Shown: positions 33,061-42,650, counted from the first letter of the stretch. The stretch: DNA of 64,000 nt from Actinomycetota bacterium (GCA_038249195.1 JBBRWM010000005.1:190220-254219); one strand, 5' to 3'. The notes: generated from the letters alone by a model not told the origin. A program made the numbers and translations.

Positions 33061-34143
33061 TCACCGAGGGTCGTCCACGAGCCGGCCGTCGAGGATCGTG
33101 AGCGCCGGCGCGAGGAACGTTCCCTCACCCTCCCGCGGGTCGTCCCTGAACGCCACGATGTCGGCGGGAGCCCCCTCCTCGATCCCCGCGAAGCCCAGGT
33201 ATGAACGAGCCGTCCACGATGCGGCACCCAGCGCCGTGGACGCGGGGAGGCCAGCTGTGACCATGAGCTCGACCTCGTGACGGACCATGCCATGGGGCCC
33301 CATGCCGGCGTCGGTCCCGGCCAAGATCGTCATGCCCGCCTCGGCGGCGGCGCGCAGTGTCTCGGGTTGTCGGTCGAGGCCATCGTCGATGGCGCTAACC
33401 ATCGCCGCCGGCCAATCCATCTCACGGACCATCTCCCGGATCCCCACGTCGATCGAGAGGGTAGGCACCCAAGCCACGCCTTTCGCGATCGCGATGTCGA
33501 GCTGGTCCGGCTGCATGAAGCTCGCATGTTCCAGCGAATCGAACCCGACTTCGATCGCGTCCTGGACGACCTCGGCGAGCGTGCAATGGATGGCGATCCT
33601 TCCGCCGCCCTCATGCACGCGCGCGGCGGCCTCCTGCATCGCATCTCGGGTGAACGTGCGGATGAGGCCAGGTCCGGGGAACGGAGAATCTCCGATCACC
33701 TTGGCCCACCCGCTCCCGGTAGAGAGCTCTTCGACGGCTGCGTCGGGTAGCTCCTGGTCGCCAACTTCCCGAGCGAGTCCGGGGAAGTAGCGGTCTGGAG
33801 GAGCGAGGAAGCGTCCCGCTGTGAGGACACGTGGAAGTCCCAGATCCGGCCCGATCCCCTCAGAGGCGTGATCGGGGCTTCCCGGCTCGCGGATGAGTAG
33901 GACCCCGGCGTCCAACTGAGCGGCCGCGCTCGCCTCGGCCCGCTCGCGTGCCGAGGCGTCATCGGGCGCGGGGCTCGCCAATGAAAGGTGAGCGTGCGCA
34001 TCGACCAACCCGGGCAGCAAGAACCCGTCATCCATCAGGGTATCCGCGTCGTCGACCCCCGTGAAGCTGATGCGTCCGTCGACGATGAACAGTTCCCGTA
34101 TGTCCCCTCCGGGGAGGACCGTGCCACGGATCCGATAGGCCAT
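33061..34143 (-). CDS. Metal-dependent amidohydrolase family protein
   Basis: LPGLVDAHAHL, IAIHC, SLEHAS, LAGTDAG, GAPADIV. Confidence 0.85.
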   Translation of the reverse strand: MAYRIRGTVLPGGDIRELFIVDGRISFTGVDDADTLMDDGFLLPGLVDAHAHLSLASPAPDDASARERAEASAAAQLDAGVLLIREPGSPDHASEGIGPDLGLPRVLTAGRFLAPPDRYFPGLAREVGDQELPDAAVEELSTGSGWAKVIGDSPFPGPGLIRTFTRDAMQEAAARVHEGGGRIAIHCTLAEVVQDAIEVGFDSLEHASFMQPDQLDIAIAKGVAWVPTLSIDVGIREMVREMDWPAAMVSAIDDGLDRQPETLRAAAEAGMTILAGTDAGMGPHGMVRHEVELMVTAGLPASTALGAASWTARSYLGFAGIEEGAPADIVAFRDDPREGEGTFLAPALTILDGRLVDDPR

Positions 34144-34202
34144 CGCGTCACCCTTCACTCGAGTGTCCCGAGGTACACCTCTTCGTTATCATTGTCCTCC
34201 CT

Positions 34203-34284
34203 GGGAGGATGCCCGAGTGGCCAAAGGGAGCGGGCTGTAAACCCGTCGGCGTAGCCTACGGAGGTTCGAATCCTCCTCCTCCCA
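34203..34284 (+). tRNA. tRNA-Tyr (GTA), CCA not encoded
   Basis: Acceptor stem GGGAGGA/TCCTCCC; anticodon arm GCGGG-CT-GTA-AA-CCCGT; long variable arm; T arm GGAGG-TTCGAAT-CCTCC; ends ...A-CCG. Confidence 0.97.
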
Positions 34285-34321
34285 CCGACCGACTGACGGA
34301 CCACCACCACCGATCGTCGCC

Positions 34322-34897
34322 TTAGGGGTACAGTTGGTGCGCCACGCGGTAGCGGAGGTAGATGACTCGCGAGCTGAAGGTGCGGGTCTCGACGAAATCG
34401 AGATCCACTCGGCGCTCGCCCCGGGGGAAGAACGAAACGCCACCGCCGACCAGCACCGGGTAGACCATCGCCCGCTACTCGTCGATCAGCCCCAACGCGG
34501 CCGCCTCGGCGGCGAGGGTCGCGCCGCCGATTGCGATCTCGTCCTGCGCCGGCTCGGCTCGCAACCGCTCGATCTCCTCCGCCAGGCCACCGGAGGCCAG
34601 GCGGGCCGTGCCCTCCACCGCGGATAGCGTGGTGGAGAACACCACCTTTGGGAGCGGCTTCCAGAGCGCGGCCCACTCGAGCTCTGCGACGTCGAGCGAT
34701 GGATCCTGGTCGGCGGTCTCCCAGTAGAGCATCGACTCGTACAGCCGTCGGCCCAACAGGTGGACGCCGACGCCGCGGATCTCGTCGATCCAGAAGCGAA
34801 AGACGTCCGCGTCGGGCGCCGTCCAGTCGAAGTGACCGTCCGGCCCGACGATGTAGCCGTCGAGCGAGACGTTCATCGAGTAGGTCACGCTGCGCAT
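34322..34897 (-). pseudogene. Dihydrofolate reductase/RibD-C family protein with in-frame TAG
   Basis: MRSVTYSMNVSLDGYI...LGRRLYE...GLIDE-TAG(34475-34477)-RAMVYPVLVGGG...; frame continues to TAA at 34322; the family normally reads DEY at this site. Confidence 0.85.
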
Positions 34898-35186
34898 CAG
34901 AAGTCCTCCTCGGGTTCGACGATACGACCACCGGGCGCCGCAGAACTCATCGCGGCTCGCGGTATCCCCTAGGTAGCGATAACGCTGTTTCCACAGACCT
35001 GGACTGCAGCGGCCAGGTTCAACCAAGAGGCCGTCGTGCCCCCAGGATTCGCAGCACCGGATCCTAGGATCACCGCCAACGGAGGTATGAGACTCGTGAG
35101 GAACAGGCGCAACTGCGATCTCGAACACGATCGGCCGAGAACTGCGACGGTTCGAGTTGAGATCAAGCCGACGCACGGTCCGTGGC

Positions 35187-35795
35187 CTACGGGCGACGTT
35201 CCGGGATCTTCGACCCCGGCGCGTGAGAGAGCCACGTAGGCGCTCCGAGCGCGAGCACGCGACGCTGTCCCTCGGTCGTGCCGCTGCCGAGCTCGCCGAA
35301 CCATACGCCCACGTCGCCTCCCAGAACGTTGATGCCGGCGCCGGTCTCGACGACGACGACCTGATGTCCTTCCGTATGCCCGGGCGCCGGCAGCAGGCGG
35401 ATTCCCGGTAGCAGCTCCACCTCGCCTTCGTGCTCGACATACGTCGCCCCGTCGAAGTCGACCCATTCTCGGATCGTGTAGTCGTCGAGCGAACGCGCGT
35501 CGGCGAGCTCGCGTGCCTGGACGTGGATCGGCACGCCCGGGAAGAGGCGGTTGCCGCCGCAGTGGTCGAAATGCAGGTGGGTGTTGATGACGCAGGCGAC
35601 GTCGCGCGGGATGTTCTCGGGGTGCGGCGTCGGGCTCATATCGTCGAACTCAGGCCTCGAGTCGATCATGCCGGTGTCGACGAGCACACGGCCCCCCGGG
35701 TGGTCGATCGTCCAGACGAACACGGGCATGCGCTCGCCCTCGACGAGGAGCTCTGCCGCGAGGTGGGCGTTGATCTTGCGTCCTGGCATGACCAT
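35187..35795 (-). CDS. Metallo-beta-lactamase-fold hydrolase (AHL-lactonase-like)
   Basis: VLVDTG, THLHFDHCGGN (HxHxDH), APGHTEGHQ, GGD; AAGGAG RBS. Confidence 0.85.
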   Translation of the reverse strand: MVMPGRKINAHLAAELLVEGERMPVFVWTIDHPGGRVLVDTGMIDSRPEFDDMSPTPHPENIPRDVACVINTHLHFDHCGGNRLFPGVPIHVQARELADARSLDDYTIREWVDFDGATYVEHEGEVELLPGIRLLPAPGHTEGHQVVVVETGAGINVLGGDVGVWFGELGSGTTEGQRRVLALGAPTWLSHAPGSKIPERRP

Positions 35796-35806
35796 CAACT
35801 GCTCCT

Positions 35807-36004
35807 TCAGATCATTTGGGGACGCTGCTCGACGGGCAGCCGCTCCACCTGATGGACGGCTCTCCGTTGGTCAATCGCCTGTTCCGTGAGTCGCTCGCGG
35901 TGCAGCTCCAGGTGGCGACGGATGACGCGTGGGTCTCGCGTCTCCGGACGGCCGACCCTGGCTCGAACGGGATTCAGGTTACCGCAGGCAGGGCAGCTCG
36001 CCAT
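35807..36004 (-). pseudogene. Chimeric remnant: zinc-ribbon N-terminus (MASCPACGNLNP) joined to a MerR-like coiled-coil fragment
   Basis: The first 16 aa resemble the CxxCGxxN zinc-ribbon start of actinobacterial adenylate/guanylate cyclase proteins but lack the second Cys pair; followed by DPRVIRRHLELHRERL. Confidence 0.4.
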
Positions 36005-36044
36005 GGGATGCAGCGTTGGCCATCGGCCGACCGGGGGAAGCGCG

Positions 36045-37334
36045 TTACGGGCGCCAGAGCGGGGCGTTCCAGTCGCTGCGGCCGTCGTCGGCGGCCCGGG
36101 TGATGCCGCCGGATCCATCGGCGTTGACGAACCAGACGGCGTCGTGGGCGAAGACACCCAGCTGAGTGCCGTCGGGCGACCAGGTGCCGCCGAACGCTTC
36201 GGCGACGGTCACGAGACCGGTGCCGTCGGCGTTCATGACGTAGGCGGTTCCTTTGCCGCAGTTGAAGGCGATCCTGGTGCTGTCGGGCGACCAGGCGGGG
36301 AGGCCACAGCCGTAGTTCGTGGGGACGCTTTGGGGGTCCGTGAGGCGGGTGAGGCCGGTGCCGTCGGCGTGCATCACGTAGACGTCCGACCGACCGACGA
36401 TCTCCGATCCGCTCGCGTCCACCCCGACGAAGGCGATGGCGGTTCCGTCCGGGGACCAGGTCGGCTGCTCCAGCCGGCCGCAGCTCCGGTAGTCCTGGCG
36501 CGTGAAGCACCCGTCGGCGATCCCCGCGCCGGTCGCATCCAGCAGCGGGTGGAGGTGGGAGCCGTCGGCGTTCACGACATAGAGCCGGGAGTCCAACGGA
36601 TCGTAGGTCGGCGACCCGGTGGGCTCGCTGTTCTGCGAGAACACCAGCTGCCGTCCGTCGGGCGACCAGGAGAACGGCCGCCGGGCGTCCTGCCACGAGT
36701 CGACGTTCCCGCCCGCGGGCGAGATCCGCGACGCGCCCGTGCCGTCGGGGCGCACGACGTACAGGCCGTCGCCCCCGACGGTGTTTTTCACGTACGCGAT
36801 CAGGCTCCCGTCCGGGGAGAACGCGGAGTAGCCGTCCCACTCCGGATCGTTCGTCAGACGCGTTTCGCCCGAGCCATCGGCGTTCACCGCGAACAGGTCC
36901 TGACCCAAGGGCGCGTTGCGTTGCACGCTTAGCTGGGTGCCGTCGGGCGACCACGACTCGGCCTCGTTGTTCTGATGCCCGTCGGTCACCTGGGTGACGG
37001 AGCCGTCGGTCTGCTCCATGTACACCTGGAGCGATCCGAAGGGCCGGGCACCGGGCGTGACGCTGCTCGTGAACGCGAACGCGCCGGAGGGCAGGAGCGA
37101 TCCTGGCTGAGGCACGATGGTCGCGGCAGGACGCTGTGCGTCGTCGGCGCGCAGGAGGCTCGCGCCGAGCACGCCCGCCACCAGCGCCAGCGCCAGCGCC
37201 GATCCCACGACGCCGGCGGCGATCCGTCGGTTCCGCTGTTTGCGGTCGCGGCGACGGAGCAGCCGCTCGAAGGCGGGCTCGGGGACCGGCACCTGCCGGG
37301 TGATGCGTTCGAGCTCGGGGCGGGTTTCAGGCAT
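36045..37334 (-). CDS. Membrane-anchored TolB/PD40 beta-propeller protein, probable anti-sigma factor
   Basis: Basic N-terminus, one TM segment, about six WSPDG/FSPDG repeats; overlaps the upstream sigma gene. Confidence 0.8.
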   Translation of the reverse strand: MPETRPELERITRQVPVPEPAFERLLRRRDRKQRNRRIAAGVVGSALALALVAGVLGASLLRADDAQRPAATIVPQPGSLLPSGAFAFTSSVTPGARPFGSLQVYMEQTDGSVTQVTDGHQNNEAESWSPDGTQLSVQRNAPLGQDLFAVNADGSGETRLTNDPEWDGYSAFSPDGSLIAYVKNTVGGDGLYVVRPDGTGASRISPAGGNVDSWQDARRPFSWSPDGRQLVFSQNSEPTGSPTYDPLDSRLYVVNADGSHLHPLLDATGAGIADGCFTRQDYRSCGRLEQPTWSPDGTAIAFVGVDASGSEIVGRSDVYVMHADGTGLTRLTDPQSVPTNYGCGLPAWSPDSTRIAFNCGKGTAYVMNADGTGLVTVAEAFGGTWSPDGTQLGVFAHDAVWFVNADGSGGITRAADDGRSDWNAPLWRP

Positions 37335-37869
37335 CGCGGGCCTCCATGGCTGTCCTCATCGCGGCCCGCCCCTGCGAGGCGAGCGAGCGGACCGTTCCCG
37401 CCGCCACGCCCAGCGTCTGGGCGGCCTCCTCGGCCGGGTAGCCCAGGAGGTCGGTGAGCATCAGAGCCGCGCGCTGGCGGGGGGTGAGCGTGCGCAGGGC
37501 GCCGACCAGCTCGTCGTGGAGGTCGGTGGCCGCGAACGGATCCTCGGCGGGGCCGGGGCTGAACGTGCGCTTGGCCGCCACCGCCACGCGCCGCCGCCGG
37601 CCGAGGGCGCCGTTGACGGCGGCGCGGCAGAGGTACCCGGCCGGGTTCTCCATGGCGCGCACCCGGTCCCAGCGCTCCCAGATCTTCAGGAACGCGTCCT
37701 GCATGACCTCCTCGGCCTCCTGGGCGTTGCCCGTGACCAGGTAGAGCGCGCGGAACAGGCGCTCGTGCTCGGCCTCGAACAGGTCCTCGAAGGTCTGCGC
37801 CTGCGCGGCCTCGGTCTTCTCAGGGACGACGGTGAGCCGGTCCCGGTCCAGTTCCGATGCCCGATCCAT
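37327..37869 (-). CDS. ECF RNA polymerase sigma factor (SigE-like)
   Basis: AEEVMQDAFLKIWERW (region 2), LTPRQRAAL...EEAAQTLG...GTVRS (region 4); GAGGAGG RBS. Confidence 0.9.
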   Translation of the reverse strand: MDRASELDRDRLTVVPEKTEAAQAQTFEDLFEAEHERLFRALYLVTGNAQEAEEVMQDAFLKIWERWDRVRAMENPAGYLCRAAVNGALGRRRRVAVAAKRTFSPGPAEDPFAATDLHDELVGALRTLTPRQRAALMLTDLLGYPAEEAAQTLGVAAGTVRSLASQGRAAMRTAMEARDA

Positions 37870-38019
37870 ACCTCCTCAATGCTGGACGCACCCGGAACGT
37901 TCAGGCAAGGGGCGGATCCCATGAGGTGTCTGTCGTGCGGATCAGATCGGGATGGTGCCGCGCCAGACGTAGGCCAGTCCACCACATCGCTCACGATGGC
38001 TGCTCCGTAGACTCGGAGC

Positions 38020-38926
38020 GTGTCCGACCAGTTGATCCTCGTGACCGGAGCGTCTGGAGCCGTCGGCGGTGGGCTCACCGACCGCCTCCGGGGGGACGGG
38101 CGTCACGTGCGCGTGGCGGGACGACGTCCGGGGATGCTCGTGGAGCGATGGCCCAGCGTCGACGCGGTCGAGCTCGACGTGCTCCGCCCCGACTCGACTT
38201 CGCCCGTCGTGGAAGGCGTGAGCACCCTCGTCTACCTGGTGCACTCGATGGAGGCGGGCGCCGGGCGACTTCCACATGCGCGATGCCGACGGCGCTCGGA
38301 ACCTCGCCCGCGCGGCCCGAGCGGCGGGCGTGGAGCGTGTCGTCTACCTGAGCGGACTGGGGGATCAGCGCGGACCGCTGTCTCAGCATCTCTGGAGCCG
38401 TCACGAGGTGGGCCGCATCCTCGCGGCGGAGGGGCCGCCGGTGGTGGAGCTCCGGGCCGCGATGGTGATCTCGGCCGACTCGGCATCGTTCCGCATGCTC
38501 ACGGACTTCATCCACCGGCTGCCGGCCATGGTGCTGCCGAAGTGGGCCGAGACCCCCACCCAGCCCATCGCGGGGGAGGATGTACTCACGTACCTGGCGG
38601 CCGCGCTCGACGTCGCCACCGACGATCACCACACGATCGTAGAGATCGGGATGCCCGAGGTGCTCACCTACCGCGCCATGATCGAACGCGTGGCGCCGAA
38701 GCTGGGGCGCTCGCCGGTCCTGGTCGAGGTGCCGTTCCTCACGCCGAAGCTCTCCTCCTACTGGGCGGGGCTCACGACCTCGGTCTCGCCCTCGCTCGCC
38801 CAGCCCCTGATCGAGGGCCTGTCGACGCCGACGGTCGTGCGGTCCGACCTCGCCCTGCACCTGTTCCCCGAGATCGAGCCGCTCGGGTTCGACGACACGG
38901 TGGATCGCGCCCTCGCGCAGCGATAG
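38020..38926 (+). pseudogene. NAD(P)H-binding atypical SDR (YbjT-like), frameshifted near 38262
   Basis: ILVTGASGAVG...YLVHSM in one frame continues as DFHMRDADGARNLARAA...VYLSGLG in the next frame; extra G in GCCGGGCGAC. Confidence 0.8.
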
Positions 38927-38995
38927 CAGCCCGCCACGCAGTGGACTCGGCTGTGACATGGTGAGAGGACATCACGCCCACGGAAGGCGCAAGCC

Positions 38996-39130
38996 ATGGC
39001 CAGCAAGGACAAGGGCGGCAAGAGCTCCAAGACGGCGGCCTCGAAGTCGTTGAAGGAGAAGCGCGCCGCGAAGAAGGCTAAGGGCTCCTCCGATTCCTCC
39101 GGCTCGAGTTTCAGTATCGGCGGGACGTGA
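38996..39130 (+). CDS. Small Lys/Ser-rich basic protein (44 aa)
   Basis: MASKDKGGKSSKTAASKSLKEKRAAKKAKGSSDSSGSSFSIGGT; GGAAGG RBS; AAG-rich codon usage; below the ORF-track cutoff. Confidence 0.7.
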   Translation: MASKDKGGKSSKTAASKSLKEKRAAKKAKGSSDSSGSSFSIGGT

Positions 39131-39146
39131 CGCCAACAGCACGCAC

Positions 39147-39590
39147 GTGAACGCGGCCCGTGCCGTCGTCCGCATGGCGCTGGCCGCCTTCATGGTGGTG
39201 GCCGGCATCGGCCACCTCGTGGCGACCGAATCGTTTCTCGGGCAGACGCCTACTTGGCTCCCCTGGCGCACCGGGATCATCTGGGCAAGCGGCGTGGTGG
39301 AGATCGGGCTCGGCTCGGGGCTCGCGCTCACGAGCGGTGAACGCCGGCGCCGCGTTGGGTGGGCCCTCGCGATCTTCTACGTGGTGATCTTCCCTGGCAA
39401 CGTCTACCAGGCCCTCGCCGGCACGGACGCCTTCGGCCTGGACACCCCGCTCGCCCGGTGGGCGCGGCTGCTGTTCCAGCCGCTCTTGATCGTGGCGGCC
39501 CTGTGGAGCAGCGGGGCGTGGCCCGCCCATCGCCGTCCGCCCGGGGGCGGGTCGGAGCCAGCGGACGGCCCGCTCAGCCCGGCTGCTTGA
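39147..39590 (+). CDS. DoxX-like membrane protein
   Basis: AGIGHL, SGVVEIGLG, IFPGNVYQ, RLLFQPLLI pattern; about four TM segments. Confidence 0.75.
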   Translation: MNAARAVVRMALAAFMVVAGIGHLVATESFLGQTPTWLPWRTGIIWASGVVEIGLGSGLALTSGERRRRVGWALAIFYVVIFPGNVYQALAGTDAFGLDTPLARWARLLFQPLLIVAALWSSGAWPAHRRPPGGGSEPADGPLSPAA

Positions 39591-39681
39591 TCAGGCGGGC
39601 TAGCGCGAGCTGCCTCGGGTAGGTAACCGCTCACCAGAGGTGCCCTTCCTTCGATCTCGACCTCCGCCGCACCGTCGTCCA

Positions 39682-39756
39682 CTTCATGCGCGATCCCCAG
39701 CCCCAGCCCCACCCGCCACGTTCACCGAGGCGTTCGCTCGTCCACCTCGAAGAACG
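39682..39756 (-). pseudogene. Possible histidine-kinase HATPase (F/G2 box) fragment
   Basis: FFEVD...ERGG / VGLGLGIAHE across a frameshift. Confidence 0.3.
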
Positions 39757-39768
39757 TGCAGGAGAGGT

Positions 39769-39796
39769 TTGCACTAAGACGCGTATGGCGTAACAT
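39769..39796 (+). promoter_or_regulatory. Putative sigma70-type promoter of the abiEi-abiEii operon
   Basis: TTGCAC-N16-TAACAT in an AT-rich patch 21 nt before the ATG. Confidence 0.45.
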
Positions 39797-39817
39797 TGTG
39801 ACGTGAAAGGCGCGCAG

Positions 39818-40597
39818 ATGAAAACACGAACAATTTCAGCCAGTCTGGCGCCGGTTTTGGAGGAACTTGAGCTCCGCCAGCCAGCCGTGGTTACTCGTGC
39901 GCTTCTCGGGGAGATCGCGTCGAGCACACAGATCCGTCTCGACGTGGACGAACTCGCACGCCGCCTCGTTCGCATCGGCTGGCTCCTCCCACTGCGCAAG
40001 CGGGACGCCTGGGAGTTCGCCCCCGCCGCGCGCGCGGGCCGGTACCGATCCGGAGATCCCTGGATCGAGTTGCGAGCGCTGCTGGTGCACGAACCCCAGA
40101 CATCGGTGGCCGTGGCCTTCGAATCCGCGGTTTGGGAGCTGGGTCACTCCGCTCACCAGCCAGCGGTCCCGGTGCTCGCCCATCGCCGCGGTTGGCGTCC
40201 CCCGCCTTCCCTCGACGTCCGGAGCGTCACGTTCGACTGGCGCATGCCCACGAGGCCTCTTCGGGGTCTGCCAGTGTGGACGGAGGCCACCGCGGTGGTG
40301 GCAGCCGCATTCCGCCCGTCTGCCCAAGGGAACTGGGCCAACGCGGACGACTGGCTCCCCAACACCTTTCGCCCGGCGACGGTGGACGATGTCTTCGAGG
40401 AAGCTCGAGGTCGTAACGTCGCGACCTTGGCTCGCCTCGGCTACCTAGCGGAGTGGGCAGAGCGCGATGACATCGCCCACCGAATCGAGGAGTTGCTCCC
40501 TGCTCGCCTGCCGGTAACGTTCCTCGGGTCGCGCGATAGGCGGAATCGATGGAGCAGCCGGTGGCATGTCTACGACGCGGTGCTGCCGGACCGATGA
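39818..40597 (+). CDS. abiEi: Type IV toxin-antitoxin antitoxin AbiEi (Rv2827c/MenA4-like)
   Basis: N-terminal wHTH (RPAVVT..., RLVRIGWLLPL..WEFAP), GDPWIELR, AVWELG, ARLGYL; ATGA-coupled to the toxin gene. Confidence 0.85.
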   Translation: MKTRTISASLAPVLEELELRQPAVVTRALLGEIASSTQIRLDVDELARRLVRIGWLLPLRKRDAWEFAPAARAGRYRSGDPWIELRALLVHEPQTSVAVAFESAVWELGHSAHQPAVPVLAHRRGWRPPPSLDVRSVTFDWRMPTRPLRGLPVWTEATAVVAAAFRPSAQGNWANADDWLPNTFRPATVDDVFEEARGRNVATLARLGYLAEWAERDDIAHRIEELLPARLPVTFLGSRDRRNRWSSRWHVYDAVLPDR

Positions 40598-41463
40598 TCG
40601 CCCAAGGGTACCTCTCTCGCCACTTCCAAGGGCGAAGCGGGATGGCGGATCCAGCCTTGCTCGATGTCGCGCAGGACTACGCGCTGAAGTTCCTCCACGA
40701 CGAAGGCCTTTTCGACCGTGGAGTGGTGCTCAAAGGCGGAACGTCGCTGCGCAAGCTCCGGGTCGGCAACGCCGGGCGTTTCTCAACTGATCTGGACTTT
40801 GCGGTGCCTGACGTCGGAACCGCCGAACTGCTGCTCGACAGCATCGACGGCGCCGAGTTGTTCGACGTCCGGTTCTCCTTGTCCGACAGGGAAGCGCTCC
40901 GAGCGAAGCTCCTCGTAGAGACACCACTTGGCCGACCGCAGATCCCGGCGAGGATCGAGATCTCACTTCGGCCTCTATGGTTGGCGACTGCGCTCATGAT
41001 CCCGGTTGCCCTCCCGGTCCATGCCGGCTATGAGTTCACCCTGCCGCCCATACCAGCTCCGGCCCTGGAAGAGTCCCTCTCGGAGAAGCTTGCGGCATGG
41101 CGGCGCCGGCGGAAGATCCGAGATCTGTACGATCTTGACCTCTTCGGCCGTGGAGGCCTTGACCAGGCGCTCATCCGTTGCCTTCTCGTGCTCAAGGTCT
41201 GGCACGACGTCGTGGACGACGGCCTCGGGGTGGGCCCCTTTGATCCCGCCGAGATCGTCGCGGACATCGACGTCCGCGGGCTCCCTTCCGAGGACATCGG
41301 ACTCCTCACTCAGCCCGTGGATCCCGTTGCATGGCTCGCTCGAGTTCGAGCGAGGTACGGTTTCCTCACCCAACTCGACGACGCCGAAGAGCGCGTAGCC
41401 AGGTGCAGCCCCGCCGACCGATACGAGGTATCACAGCTGATTGCGGCACTCATGTCTCGATAG
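40594..41463 (+). CDS. abiEii: Type IV toxin-antitoxin nucleotidyltransferase toxin AbiEii (Rv2826c/MenT4-like)
   Basis: ALLDVAQD, LKGGTSLRK...GRFSTDLDF, EKLAA...RDLYDL, VLKVWHDVVDD. Confidence 0.9.
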   Translation: MIAQGYLSRHFQGRSGMADPALLDVAQDYALKFLHDEGLFDRGVVLKGGTSLRKLRVGNAGRFSTDLDFAVPDVGTAELLLDSIDGAELFDVRFSLSDREALRAKLLVETPLGRPQIPARIEISLRPLWLATALMIPVALPVHAGYEFTLPPIPAPALEESLSEKLAAWRRRRKIRDLYDLDLFGRGGLDQALIRCLLVLKVWHDVVDDGLGVGPFDPAEIVADIDVRGLPSEDIGLLTQPVDPVAWLARVRARYGFLTQLDDAEERVARCSPADRYEVSQLIAALMSR

Positions 41464-41514
41464 CCAGACTCAGCCGGGGATGTTCGAGGGTGCGGAAGCG
41501 GACGGCCCGTTGGT

Positions 41515-41985
41515 CTACGCCATCTCCGAGATGCACGCTTGGAGGGCACCCACATCTCGATCCAGTCGCTCACCCGGCATCGCCGGCGGTTCCGGGTCCG
41601 GGAAGGGGAACGGCCAGCCTGGCTTCGGGTCGTCCTCATAGCGGGGAACGATGTGCGTGTGGAGGTGGGGGACACTGTTGCCCAACAGGTTGTAGTTCAT
41701 CTTCACCGGCCGCATCGTCCTCTCGATCGCGGCGCCGACGAGCCGCAACTCCCGCCAGTACGCAACCGCCTCCGCTTCGGTCAGCTCGGTTGGTTCCGCG
41801 ACATGCCTTCCTCGCCAGATCGCGACCGTCAGACCCCGCTGGATGTCTGTTCGCCGGAGGTAGGCGTCCACGACTTCGCCGGCGAAGAACCGGACGCCGT
41901 CTCGGGTCTGATCAGGGCGTCCTTCCGCGCAGGCGGGACACCCGATGCCGGCCTTCCACTCGAAGAACACGGGGGACCATCCCAT
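41515..41985 (-). CDS. HIT family nucleotide hydrolase
   Basis: CPAC near the N-terminus; KMNYNLLGNSVPHLHTHIVPRY (HxHxH). Confidence 0.88.
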   Translation of the reverse strand: MGWSPVFFEWKAGIGCPACAEGRPDQTRDGVRFFAGEVVDAYLRRTDIQRGLTVAIWRGRHVAEPTELTEAEAVAYWRELRLVGAAIERTMRPVKMNYNLLGNSVPHLHTHIVPRYEDDPKPGWPFPFPDPEPPAMPGERLDRDVGALQACISEMA

Positions 41986-42044
41986 GACGTCAGAGCCTAT
42001 CCACCGGATGCCGATGCTCGCGTGCGTCGGGCTAAGCTCGCGAC

Positions 42045-42650
42045 ATGAGCGAGACGCCGGAGCAGTTCTACGCACGTGTCGTGGGTTCCATCCGCAGGCC
42101 CGATCTGGAGGGGTGGGACACGTGGCCCTTCCAGGGCGAGATGTACCCCCGGGATCTCGACCCCCCCGCTGCGGCGGATGTTTCGCGGGACGGTCGAGGT
42201 GGCGTCGACTGCAACGGTTGCGAGACGCCGGATGAGCAGTTCCTGTGGACGAACGCGAGCTGGCGCGTGCGCCCGCCAACCGAGCCGGCCGGCCTCCCGC
42301 TGGTCCTCTTCCTTGAGCCCCGCCTGCACGTCGGAGAGCCCGGAGATCTGCCGGATGACCTGGCTGGCGAGTTCGGTATGATGGTCGCGCGCATCGACCG
42401 CGCGATGCGCTCCATCGACGGCATCGAGCGCGTGCACGTCTGCCGATGGGGAGAGGGGTCCGAGCACCTGCACTGGTGGTTCCTCGCGCGTCCAACTCGG
42501 ATGCTGCAACTCGCCAGCAGCTTCGCCGAGATCTGGGACGATATGCTGCCACCGACGCCCCAGCCTTTCTGGGACGCGAACCTGTCGTGTGTCAAGGCTT
42601 CTCTCGACGCGGGAGGGGAGCCAAGTGGGCCTCGCCGGATCCCGCCTTGA
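42045..42650 (+). CDS. HIT-like protein with variant HLHWW motif
   Basis: CNGC, LEPRLH, RVHVCRWGEGSEHLHWWFLARP. Confidence 0.7.
   Translation: MSETPEQFYARVVGSIRRPDLEGWDTWPFQGEMYPRDLDPPAAADVSRDGRGGVDCNGCETPDEQFLWTNASWRVRPPTEPAGLPLVLFLEPRLHVGEPGDLPDDLAGEFGMMVARIDRAMRSIDGIERVHVCRWGEGSEHLHWWFLARPTRMLQLASSFAEIWDDMLPPTPQPFWDANLSCVKASLDAGGEPSGPRRIPP

Noticed and set aside
34203-34477. Amber suppression or recoding: in-frame TAG at a Tyr site right beside tRNA-Tyr
   Set aside because: The anticodon is GTA, not CTA; TAG is a normal stop for many genes here; no pyl genes are present. A point mutation is simpler.
36100-36960. Recurring GCCGTCGGGCGACCA-like DNA repeats as a possible CRISPR or repeat array
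   Set aside because: They encode WSPDG propeller repeats, and spacing and sequence vary. No CRISPR array or cas gene is present in the window.
37921-38010. Short MRCLSCG ORF and antisense GLAYVWRG fragment in the sigma-SDR spacer
   Set aside because: Too short to assign with any confidence.
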